A stretch of DNA of 64,000 nt from contig JAZQHB010000008.1 of NCBI GenBank assembly GCA_045540355.1, positions 31,183-95,182 on the forward strand, given 5' to 3'. Position numbers and translations under genes: made by a program. Source of the stretch: Acutalibacteraceae bacterium. Lineage in GTDB: Bacteria > Bacillota > Clostridia > Oscillospirales > Acutalibacteraceae. The first letter of the stretch is position 1, and every line of letters begins with the position of its first letter. The notes beneath the pieces were generated by a model, which was given only the letters and a program-made list of their open reading frames with translations, made no database searches and was not told the DNA's origin. This document shows, in pieces, positions 36,891-44,637 of this stretch.

Positions 36891-37136
36891 ATGGATTATG
36901 TAATTATATCCAAGAAAGAACGCCTGCTGATGCGTGAAACCCTTGGACTTATGGCGTGGACGCATAACAGAAAAGTGCGTTACGCCCCAAAAAACCATAG
37001 CCTTGGTACCGATGCGGATTTTAAGCATTTGGTAGAGATAGGTTATGCAAAAAAGGAACCTTCCGGCGGTTATTCATTAACTGCCGAAGGTGTTTCTTTT
37101 GTAGAAACAGATATTAGAGCAAAAGTAATATTATAA
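36891..37136 (+). CDS. Hypothetical protein (81 aa)
   Basis: SD TAGGAGG. Confidence 0.6.
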   Translation: MDYVIISKKERLLMRETLGLMAWTHNRKVRYAPKNHSLGTDADFKHLVEIGYAKKEPSGGYSLTAEGVSFVETDIRAKVIL

Positions 37137-37150
37137 TTTGGAGGAAGAAA

Positions 37151-37585
37151 ATGAATAAAGTAATTGAAAATTTATTTGAAAAAAAGAAAGAGCAGGAAAC
37201 ACAATTAAAAATTTTACAAAAAGAGATGTCTTCTATTGAACAAATGTTGTTTGAAGAAATGACAAAAGAAACCAAACTTTACGAAAGTGTCGTAAAAAAC
37301 AATATGGCAGACATAATTTCAATAATACAAAAAAATGGGCTGGAATTTACTAATTATAGAACCGATAATGTTGTATCTATTGAAGTTTCAAGAAACAGCT
37401 ATAAGGCTCATATATTCATAAAGGACGGTACAGTAGTTACGGATTTAACAACATCTGATGTTTATAATAATGACGGATATTCAAAAGATATACTGTCAAG
37501 AACTCAAATAATGGTTAATAGTGATATTATTCCTTATTGTGAAAAAAACAAATTAAAATATGATAAAAACAACATTGATAATTGA
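37151..37585 (+). CDS. Hypothetical protein (144 aa), coiled-coil-like N-terminus
   Basis: SD GGAGGAAG. Confidence 0.6.
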   Translation: MNKVIENLFEKKKEQETQLKILQKEMSSIEQMLFEEMTKETKLYESVVKNNMADIISIIQKNGLEFTNYRTDNVVSIEVSRNSYKAHIFIKDGTVVTDLTTSDVYNNDGYSKDILSRTQIMVNSDIIPYCEKNKLKYDKNNIDN

Positions 37586-37588
37586 CAG

Positions 37589-37622
37589 TAAAAGGGCATA
37601 CCTCACGGTGTGCCTTTTTTAT
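37589..37622 (+). terminator. Intrinsic terminator
   Basis: AAAGGGCATA..TGTGCCTTTTTT. Confidence 0.7.
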
Positions 37623-37636
37623 TGAGAAAATAGTGC

Positions 37637-37748
37637 TTGCAATTTTCTCAATAATATTGTAAAGTATACTTGTAACATTACAACGACAAAAAAAGGCTAA
37701 TAGACGGAAGAAACTCCATAGGGGGTATCTTCCCTTTTTTTGTTGTCA
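37637..37748 (+). promoter_or_regulatory. Promoter-leader-terminator module, copy D
   Basis: TTGCAA-N17-TAAAGT, ATACTTGTAACAT, CGACAAAAAAAGGCTAATAGACGGAAGAAACTCCATAGGGGGTATCTTCCCTTTTTTTGTTGTC. Confidence 0.65.
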
Positions 37749-37756
37749 AAACTAAA

Positions 37757-37874
37757 TAGCAAGCACCGAACCCGTATAAAACGATGGTGTAGGGGAGGCT
37801 TGTAAGTAACAAAAAACTTATCACATTAAGAAAGGAGCCGTAAAAAAAGAAGAGTACGGCAAAGGTAAGAACTT
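37757..37874 (+). promoter_or_regulatory. Conserved structured 5' UTR element, copy 1
   Basis: Blocks CAAGCACCGAACC, GGTGTAGGGGAGGCTTGTAAG and GTACGGCAAAGGTAAGAA are identical to 62779-62873, with divergent loops between them. Confidence 0.55.
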
Positions 37875-38195
37875 ATGAAAAAAATGAAAATGTTGGTATT
37901 GACATTGATATTGGCACTGTGCGTAGTGCCGATGCTGGGTAGTGTAACAGCGGAAGCCTTCGCAGAACCCGCTGACATACGCTATTCGCCCGGTTATTGT
38001 CCTGTGTGGGACAGTACCGATTTCTCCTCCGAGCCTATCGGGGAGATCAGTGGTATCAATACCACATTTCTACTGTTAGAAACGGTAGATACATACTATG
38101 CACTCGTCCGGACGGCTGACGGAACAGAAGGCTATGTGCCTTTGGATTTCTGCCAGCTGACAACCCCGCTTGAACCTGCGGTTGCCGGACTGTAA
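37875..38195 (+). CDS. Small secreted SH3b-like protein
   Basis: Signal peptide MKKMKMLVLTLILALCVVPMLGSVTAEA. YYALVRTADGTEGYVPLDF resembles a bacterial SH3 domain. Confidence 0.55.
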   Translation: MKKMKMLVLTLILALCVVPMLGSVTAEAFAEPADIRYSPGYCPVWDSTDFSSEPIGEISGINTTFLLLETVDTYYALVRTADGTEGYVPLDFCQLTTPLEPAVAGL

Positions 38196-38338
38196 AAATA
38201 ACAACGAGAATGGGGCGGGCGAATGTCTGTCCCTTTCTTGATTTTGGGGCTACTCCCTCAAAGTTTAACTGTTGGGAGTGGCTACCCTTGCAGTTGATTG
38301 TTTTTGCAAAGCCAAACACAGCAACGGAGGAAAACCCT

Positions 38339-38683
38339 ATGAAGATTACAAAAAAAATGAAAGGTGCGGAAAGCACCAAAACACTTCTTCTTGGAAGAGA
38401 GGAAGTAAAAGTGAAAGATGCGGATATGGATAATATATTGGCATCGGTATTCGGAACACCCGACATCAGTTTAAGCACGGAAGCCAGTATTGAATATTTG
38501 CTTGCCCGTAACAATCTGATGCAGGGTTTAAGAATTTTTCTTGGTAATCCTTTCATTACGCAGAATATTCTTTCTGCAAATGAAGAAGGGATAACCATAG
38601 ATGCAAAGAAAATAAACAAAGAAACCGCTGATACTATCGTGCGGTATGCTTTGTTTGGAACACAGTGGGAAGATGCCGTATAG
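38339..38683 (+). CDS. Hypothetical protein (114 aa)
   Basis: Start moved to ATG 38339 behind ACGGAGGAAAA. Confidence 0.55.
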   Translation: MKITKKMKGAESTKTLLLGREEVKVKDADMDNILASVFGTPDISLSTEASIEYLLARNNLMQGLRIFLGNPFITQNILSANEEGITIDAKKINKETADTIVRYALFGTQWEDAV

Positions 38684-38722
38684 CGTCTTCCTTTTATTGT
38701 AAAAAAGAGAGGAGGGGTATTT

Positions 38723-39058
38723 ATGAAGAATACCAAAATCAACTATCTCTATCGTGATGCAGATAATTATAAGATGCACAACGAAGTGGTAGTGGAAGGG
38801 CAGTTCACGCCCAAAATGAAGGAAACTATAAAAAATGCTCTTGATTGTGGAGAGTATTTTATTCCTTCGCAGGTGGGTTTACCCGAAAAGCGTTTCGATG
38901 ATTGTACCGATGCAGACCACTGTTATTTTGAATTAGATGTAGACAATGATTTTGTCGAAACTGATGAAGAACCAACAGTGGAACTCACAGCAGAAGAATT
39001 GACAAATGCCTTTGCAAATGTCCCTTACTGGGACTGTGACAAGGAAGGGGGATTATAG
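38723..39058 (+). CDS. Hypothetical protein (111 aa)
   Basis: SD GAGGAGGGG. Confidence 0.6.
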   Translation: MKNTKINYLYRDADNYKMHNEVVVEGQFTPKMKETIKNALDCGEYFIPSQVGLPEKRFDDCTDADHCYFELDVDNDFVETDEEPTVELTAEELTNAFANVPYWDCDKEGGL

Positions 39059-39060
39059 AT

Positions 39061-39258
39061 ATGACCGGAAAAGAATGGTTATTGAAAAATCCTGCCCTTA
39101 TGGAAGGCATTGCAGAAGCAATCGTTTGCGGAGAAAAGCAGTATTTTGCTCCGGTACCGCAGGAGTACGCTGATGAAATCGTTGACATTCTTATAAATGT
39201 CGAAGAAGTCGTAAATATTGAGAAAACCACAGAAGGATTATGGATTTATTTCCGTTAA
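39061..39258 (+). CDS. Hypothetical small protein (65 aa)
   Basis: SD GAAGGGGG; tightly coupled to the previous gene. Confidence 0.55.
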   Translation: MTGKEWLLKNPALMEGIAEAIVCGEKQYFAPVPQEYADEIVDILINVEEVVNIEKTTEGLWIYFR

Positions 39259-39288
39259 TTCTTCTGCAAAGAAGGGAGAAGGTTGATT

Positions 39289-39762
39289 ATGAAAACATCG
39301 ACAAGAGAGCGTATCGTTCTAAATGCTCTTGCAAGTAATAACCTTAATGAAATGGAAAATGTATATATTATGTGTTCTTCCTATCCGGTTAAGGGTATTG
39401 ATAGACTACGGAGAGAAATCCTGCGTAGAAGAGGAGAGGGTATGCTTTTTGTGATCCTTAACACGCAGGAAGCAAAGAAGTGGGTAGAAAAAAATATGTA
39501 TGAAGCAGACCTTTGCTTACTTCCTTTGGAAAGAGCAGTGAATACAGGGCTTTTGATACCCATTGATAAAGGATATTATGTAGTAAAAGAAACCGTTACT
39601 AATCAATGTACTTGGGTAATTGAAGAAGTACGGAAACTGACTGCCGAAGAAATGGCAGAAAATAATCTGTACTTACCGTATCGGTTTACTGCCCGTATAA
39701 AAGAATGTCCCGATGATTACGAAGGGGCAAGAGAAATTAGTGCAGGTTTTGATTTGCACTGA
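39289..39762 (+). CDS. Hypothetical protein (157 aa)
   Basis: SD GGGAGAAGG; start moved to ATG 39289. Confidence 0.6.
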   Translation: MKTSTRERIVLNALASNNLNEMENVYIMCSSYPVKGIDRLRREILRRRGEGMLFVILNTQEAKKWVEKNMYEADLCLLPLERAVNTGLLIPIDKGYYVVKETVTNQCTWVIEEVRKLTAEEMAENNLYLPYRFTARIKECPDDYEGAREISAGFDLH

Positions 39763-39836
39763 TAAAGATATGTAGTATAATAGGGAGGAGGACGAAAGTT
39801 CTCTTTCCTTTTTATTTAAGAGAGGAGATATTTTAT

Positions 39837-40538
39837 ATGAACATTGAAAAAGCGAGAGCTGTTGCAAAGAATTTTCTTTGGCTGGATATGGAACGGCACC
39901 CGAAATTTCCGTTTGTAGTAACGCACCCGGTCTTTGAAAGTTCTTATATGATGAACAGCAATAAAGAATGTTTCGATGCGTTTGAAGATGAAGAAAAATT
40001 CAGAGAGCATCGAAAGAACTATGAAAAGCAGATAGATAAGGTCACTGATTTTTCAGAATTTCTTTCTTGGCTTATTCGTAAAGCGTATATTCTTACCTTT
40101 TTGAAATTTGCAGAGGACGAAGGTGCAATCACAACCCAAGAAGCCTGCAAATATTTGGTAGAAAATTGGTGTCGTATCGAAAACATCGGCACTGATGTCA
40201 ATGTTTCAAAAGCGAGAATACGCAAATGGCTGTTGCAGATTGACCGTGAAGAGATGCTGGAAGAGAATGAATACAAAAGATACTGTTATCTTTCTGACGA
40301 GGTAACGCTGTATCGTGGTGTCCGGTCTGACAGTAAAGAAGCAATCTACGGATTTTCGTGGACGGCAAGCAAATCTACGGCAGAGTTCTTTGCTACTCGC
40401 TGGGGCGATGAAGGAACTGTTTATGAAGCTAAAATCAAGAGAGAAGATATTTTCTTTACGGAATATGGCAGAAATGAACAGGAATATATCGTAGATTATA
40501 AGAAATTATATGATGCAAAAGAAATAAAAGAAATATAG
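39837..40538 (+). CDS. ADP-ribosyltransferase-like protein (R-S-E type)
   Basis: C-terminal TLYRGV (Arg), GFSWTAS (S-x-T) and NEQEYIV (E-x-E) occur in the canonical order. Confidence 0.5.
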   Translation: MNIEKARAVAKNFLWLDMERHPKFPFVVTHPVFESSYMMNSNKECFDAFEDEEKFREHRKNYEKQIDKVTDFSEFLSWLIRKAYILTFLKFAEDEGAITTQEACKYLVENWCRIENIGTDVNVSKARIRKWLLQIDREEMLEENEYKRYCYLSDEVTLYRGVRSDSKEAIYGFSWTASKSTAEFFATRWGDEGTVYEAKIKREDIFFTEYGRNEQEYIVDYKKLYDAKEIKEI

Positions 40539-40548
40539 GAGGTATCAA

Positions 40549-40845
40549 ATGTACGACTGGATTATATGGTACGGAGAACCGCAGACTTGCTTTATGAGAA
40601 GCGGTTATAAGTACCCGACAGAAGACAAAGCAAAGTTTGAAGGCGAAGACTTTGCAAGAAGAACAGCAGGAAGTTTTATGGGACAGCCCGAACCTTATCC
40701 TAATAACCGCGTTGAAGTTATAAAGTTAAAAGACGATGATGTGGCGGTATATCTGATGAAAAAGTATGGATTGGAAGATAGTTATGTAGCGTCCTTGACA
40801 GAAATTTCAGAAGAACGGGTTGCACAACTTCGTAAAAAGATGTAA
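40549..40845 (+). CDS. Hypothetical protein (98 aa)
   Basis: SD TAGGAGG. Confidence 0.6.
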   Translation: MYDWIIWYGEPQTCFMRSGYKYPTEDKAKFEGEDFARRTAGSFMGQPEPYPNNRVEVIKLKDDDVAVYLMKKYGLEDSYVASLTEISEERVAQLRKKM

Positions 40846-40850
40846 TTATA

Positions 40851-40881
40851 ATCCACTCTCTTAATGAGGGTGGATTTTTTT
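40851..40881 (+). terminator. Intrinsic terminator (ATCCACTCTC-TTAAT-GAGGGTGGAT plus T7)
   Basis: Seen in sequence. Confidence 0.8.
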
Positions 40882-40885
40882 ATTG

Positions 40886-41000
40886 CTTGCAAAACAGTGT
40901 ATATTATACTATAATAACCTTGTAACATATTTTTGACAACAAAAAAAGACTAACAATGAGGAAGAACTCCGTAGGGGTATCTTCCTTTTTTTTGTTGTCA
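40886..41000 (+). promoter_or_regulatory. Promoter-leader-terminator module, copy A
   Basis: TTGCAA-N17-TATAAT, AACCTTGTAACAT, GACAACAAAAAAAGACTAACAATGAGGAAGAACTCCGTAGGGGTATCTTCCTTTTTTTTGTTGTC. Confidence 0.7.
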
Positions 41001-41029
41001 CAATCACAAAAAAGAGAGGAGTGTTCAAT

Positions 41030-41998
41030 ATGAACCGTAAAGAAATTGAAATGGAATTGATGAAACACGATAGTACCGTTTTATCTTTTCCGAACCGAGG
41101 ACCGTGGGGTTCGTCACAGTACAGAGGAAATTGCAGTGGCTACATTCACGCTTTCTTGATATGGAAATACCGTGTTGAGAAAATGGCTGAATTATTCAGC
41201 GGTAGCGGGACGGGATATGATGTTTGCAAAGATATGGGAATTTCATATGTCGGTGCCGACTTAAATCCTACTCCCGTGCGTCCGGGAGTATTGAATGTAA
41301 ATGCAATTACAGATGATGTTCCCGAAGAGTTTATGGACGCGGATATGCTGTTTATGCACCCGCCTTATTCAAACATCTGCAATATCAGTTGGGCGGGCAA
41401 GCATTACGCTGATCCTACGGGAGAACTTGCAAGGGCAGATTTAGGGAATATGAACTGGGAACAGTTTATGTCTACCTTAAACGCTATCGTAATGAAATAC
41501 TATTCCGCTATGATGAATGGCGGTAAAATGAGTATTTTAATGGGCGATGTGCGAAGAAAACCCATTGGCTTTAAGAGTATGTTTGCTGATATTGTCAAAC
41601 CCGGGCAGTTAGAGCAGGTAATTATTAAATTACAGCACAATACTGTGTCCGGCAGAGAGAACATCTCATACGGGGCAAGGAATTTCGTACCTATCGAACA
41701 CGAATACCTTATGGTACTCAAAAAGATTGCACCCTATCTGATTGATTTTTCACTGCCTACAAAGCACGAAATTGACATCAGAGATAGTAAGAGTGCAACT
41801 TGGAGAGATGTGGTTTATGCAGTAATGCAGAAGATAGGTCACGATGCACCACTGGAAGCAATCTATGCAGAAGTCGAAGGACATAGCAAATGTGCTACAA
41901 ACTCTGAATGGAAAGCAAAAATCAGACAGACACTCCAACAAAGCGATAAGTTCGTCAATGTTTCATACGGTGTATGGGCGTTGGCAAAGGTAGCGTAA
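41030..41998 (+). CDS. Orphan DNA methyltransferase (amino-MTase type) with C-terminal winged-helix-like domain
   Basis: Motif I ELFSGSGTG; motif IV-like MHPPY. The C-terminal ...ATWRDVVYAVMQKIG...EWKAKIRQTLQ...YGVWAL resembles Mrr-N-type wHTH. No adjacent endonuclease. Confidence 0.7.
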   Translation: MNRKEIEMELMKHDSTVLSFPNRGPWGSSQYRGNCSGYIHAFLIWKYRVEKMAELFSGSGTGYDVCKDMGISYVGADLNPTPVRPGVLNVNAITDDVPEEFMDADMLFMHPPYSNICNISWAGKHYADPTGELARADLGNMNWEQFMSTLNAIVMKYYSAMMNGGKMSILMGDVRRKPIGFKSMFADIVKPGQLEQVIIKLQHNTVSGRENISYGARNFVPIEHEYLMVLKKIAPYLIDFSLPTKHEIDIRDSKSATWRDVVYAVMQKIGHDAPLEAIYAEVEGHSKCATNSEWKAKIRQTLQQSDKFVNVSYGVWALAKVA

Positions 41999-42016
41999 GG
42001 AAGGAGGGCAAAGCTG

Positions 42017-42361
42017 ATGAAGAGAGCAGACATCGAAGAACGCTTAAAAGATAAGCGTTTTTCAAATTGGAAAGAAGCAGGTAGTATATTACTGCTTGAT
42101 TTAGTAACCAAAGATATTATTGAAATATCCAAAGGCTACGGCGACAATCTTTTACCCGAAGATTACGAGGCTGGGTACGACGCATACTTGAATATTGAAG
42201 TGTGGGAGTACGATAGTCCGGGATTTACGGAAAAGGACGGAGGAATGATTATGTATAAGTCGGAGGTGTGTGATTTAGCCGAAAATTTATACGGTGCAGT
42301 AGAGAGGGCGGTTGCAGAAGTCGGAATTAAGGACTTTATGGCAATCGCTTTATATGATTAG
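42017..42361 (+). CDS. Small acidic protein (114 aa)
   Basis: SD GGAAGGAGGG. Confidence 0.6.
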   Translation: MKRADIEERLKDKRFSNWKEAGSILLLDLVTKDIIEISKGYGDNLLPEDYEAGYDAYLNIEVWEYDSPGFTEKDGGMIMYKSEVCDLAENLYGAVERAVAEVGIKDFMAIALYD

Positions 42362-42371
42362 GAGGAAAGAA

Positions 42372-42875
42372 ATGAAGAAAACATTATTTATTGTGACTTC
42401 TGTTATTTTTACAGAATATGCAGAAGTAGGACTTGAAGCAGTGAATGTAAAACCTTTTGCTACAAGGGACGAAGCTAATGATTTTGTGCTTAATACACTT
42501 GCAAAAAATTGGGTGGAAAAAAATAAAGGTACCATAGAAGAAAATGGTGGCTTGCCCGAAGATTTCTACAACGATATTGAAGAAATGGAAGACTTCCTTA
42601 TCCGCTTGGAAGAAAACGGGTACCACTCGTTTACTTTTGATATTAAGGAAGAAGAAATTGACTTTTCAGAAGTATACTTCGCCGAAAAGTGCTGGCACAA
42701 GGACGATATTGCGTCTGAAATTATTGGTGCCGGATATGAAGCTACCGAAGAAAATATCAACGAAGTGCTTAATACGATGCAGGCGAAAGGTTATATGTCA
42801 GTTCTGCTCGATTGCACCGATGCGGAATGGGATATTATTGACCGTGCCGTAGAAGAAACATTGGGAGGTAAATAA
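42372..42875 (+). CDS. Acidic protein (167 aa)
   Basis: Start moved to ATG 42372 behind TAGGAGGAAAG. Confidence 0.6.
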   Translation: MKKTLFIVTSVIFTEYAEVGLEAVNVKPFATRDEANDFVLNTLAKNWVEKNKGTIEENGGLPEDFYNDIEEMEDFLIRLEENGYHSFTFDIKEEEIDFSEVYFAEKCWHKDDIASEIIGAGYEATEENINEVLNTMQAKGYMSVLLDCTDAEWDIIDRAVEETLGGK

Positions 42876-42878
42876 GAT

Positions 42879-43271
42879 ATGAGAGAAATACTATTTAAAG
42901 CAAAGCGAATTGATAATGGAGAATGGGTGGAAGGCTATTATGTTAAAACAGGAGAAGCAAGTTACATAGTAGTTCCATATTCACAAGCAGATATTTCGGG
43001 AGCAGAAGGTAGTACCATTGAAGTAGATGCAAACACCATCTGTCAATTTACAGGACTTACAGACAAGAACGGCAACAAGATTTGGGAGAATGATATTGTG
43101 ATAGGAAGAGAAGGGTATTGCGGAAATTCAAAACTTCCCACAAGGGAAATCAAGTTTAAAGTTGAATATTTCCATTGTTGCTATCGGTGGTTAGATAATT
43201 CAGATATGTATGAATTTGAAGTGATTGGCAATATCATTGATAACCCGGAATTGATGAAGGAGGGAAAGTAA
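42879..43271 (+). CDS. YopX-family protein
   Basis: ILFKAKRIDNGEWVEGYYV...ICQFTGLTDKNGNKIWENDIV is the typical YopX signature. Confidence 0.8.
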   Translation: MREILFKAKRIDNGEWVEGYYVKTGEASYIVVPYSQADISGAEGSTIEVDANTICQFTGLTDKNGNKIWENDIVIGREGYCGNSKLPTREIKFKVEYFHCCYRWLDNSDMYEFEVIGNIIDNPELMKEGK

Positions 43272-43273
43272 TT

Positions 43274-43651
43274 ATGGAACACAAACAGATTATTTACGGG
43301 GAGTATGTACTTACTCCCTGCCAAAATGCGTTCAATGAGAAAACATCGTATTGGCTTTCAAAGAAAGACCACACGATTGCAGTCTATGCGTTTACGCCTA
43401 TGGACGCAAAGGATTTGAAAGAAATGACGACTGATGAAAGTATGCAGTCGTACATTAGCCACTTTGAAGAAAAAGCAGGTGCCAAGACAAAGAATGAAAT
43501 TATCAGTATGCTTCGTGAGATGCAGAAGGAAACGGCTAAATGCGTAGGCTTTATTGCAGGTACCGTTTCACAGCTTTGGGTAATCCGGGAATTGCTTGGA
43601 ACCAGTATCGAAAAACTTGGTGGCGAAAGTATTGAGATAAGAATTGAATAA
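43274..43651 (+). CDS. Hypothetical protein (125 aa)
   Basis: SD GAAGGAGGGAAAG. Confidence 0.6.
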   Translation: MEHKQIIYGEYVLTPCQNAFNEKTSYWLSKKDHTIAVYAFTPMDAKDLKEMTTDESMQSYISHFEEKAGAKTKNEIISMLREMQKETAKCVGFIAGTVSQLWVIRELLGTSIEKLGGESIEIRIE

Positions 43652-43664
43652 GGAGGGTGCAGAG

Positions 43665-43946
43665 ATGTATTTATTGGAAGCAGAAGTGTACTTCTTGGAA
43701 GTGGAAAAAAGCAGAACCTTTAAGGTATATGCTCACACTCTCGAAGATGTAAAAACAATGAAAATTTCGGAACTTATCTTAAAGGCAGGTTCCGAATTAG
43801 GTATTTCAAAAAGCGATGCAGTCGTTTTCTGTTCTTATACGCTCAATGGAGAATATGTAGACAGCGACGAATACTTCGTTGAATATACCGAGGAAAAAAC
43901 AATGTGGGAGGGCAACGCTTATGGTAGGTCAAATGTCGCTGTTTGA
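43665..43946 (+). CDS. Hypothetical protein (93 aa)
   Basis: Start moved to ATG 43665 behind AAGGAGGG. Confidence 0.55.
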   Translation: MYLLEAEVYFLEVEKSRTFKVYAHTLEDVKTMKISELILKAGSELGISKSDAVVFCSYTLNGEYVDSDEYFVEYTEEKTMWEGNAYGRSNVAV

Positions 43947-44295
43947 GTTACTTACTCCTGCAAAAGAAGGTTGCCTTGTTACCTTTGACGAAGACATCAA
44001 CGAAATTTGTCGTAGATTATCTTCATTTGCTGAAAAGCAAGGTATAAGTACGGGCAAAACAGAATTTTCCATTTGGGATCACGCCAAAGAATACGGGTAC
44101 CGATTGGATTACACTCTGAATGTAACAAAAGAGGTCTTAACAGACCTCTTTTTTGCAGAGTTACAGGAGATTGTAGATTTTGCAAAAACTAAAAACATCG
44201 AACTCTCGCCTATGACATCATTGTTTTGGCGGGACGGAACAGCGTCTATGTATGTGTTTAGCACATATTTAGACAGCAGAAAGAAACGGAGGTAG
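43921..44295 (+). CDS. Hypothetical protein (124 aa)
   Basis: Start moved to ATG 43921 behind GGGAGGG; 26-nt overlap with the previous ORF. Confidence 0.55.
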   Translation: MVGQMSLFELLTPAKEGCLVTFDEDINEICRRLSSFAEKQGISTGKTEFSIWDHAKEYGYRLDYTLNVTKEVLTDLFFAELQEIVDFAKTKNIELSPMTSLFWRDGTASMYVFSTYLDSRKKRR

Positions 44296-44300
44296 AGTTT

Positions 44301-44453
44301 ATGAGTAAGATAGAACTCACAGAGAAGGAATTAAAAGAACGGGAAAAGGCTATAAAGTCTGACAAAACCAAATATTTCTATGATGAAAATGGAAATGAAT
44401 ATTGGTGGAGTAAAGACGATTACAAAAAGCACTACACCCGTGACGAAGGATAA
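44301..44453 (+). CDS. Small ORF (50 aa), not in the ORF track
   Basis: Own translation MSKIELTEKELKEREKAIKSDKTKYFYDENGNEYWWSKDDYKKHYTRDEG; SD ACGGAGG. Confidence 0.45.
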   Translation: MSKIELTEKELKEREKAIKSDKTKYFYDENGNEYWWSKDDYKKHYTRDEG

Positions 44454-44499
44454 TTGTATCAAGAAGGGAGTGGCTACGGTCACTCTCTTTTTTTATAGC

Positions 44500-44608
44500 T
44501 TGAATATTTCGTGAAACTATATTATAATAGCCTTGTAACGGCAAATAACAAAAAATTGACTAACAAAGAGGAAGAAATCCTACGGGGTATCTTCCTTTTT
44601 TGCTGTCA
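44500..44608 (+). promoter_or_regulatory. Promoter-leader-terminator module, copy C
   Basis: TTGAAT-N17-TATAAT, AGCCTTGTAAC, TTGACTAACAAAGAGGAAGAAATCCTACGGGGTATCTTCCTTTTTTGCTGTC. Confidence 0.65.
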
Positions 44609-44637
44609 AAATCAAAAAAGAAAGGGGGTACTTTATT

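Noticed and set aside
38056-38742. Long antisense ORFs: 38056..38742, 49937..50353, 52238..52747, 53190..53600, 21006..21671, 6369..6800, 2197..2685 and 366..548
   Set aside because: Each lies opposite a better-supported gene or gene string that has SDs and recognisable motifs. They have low-complexity or hydrophobic shadow-frame composition and no SD.
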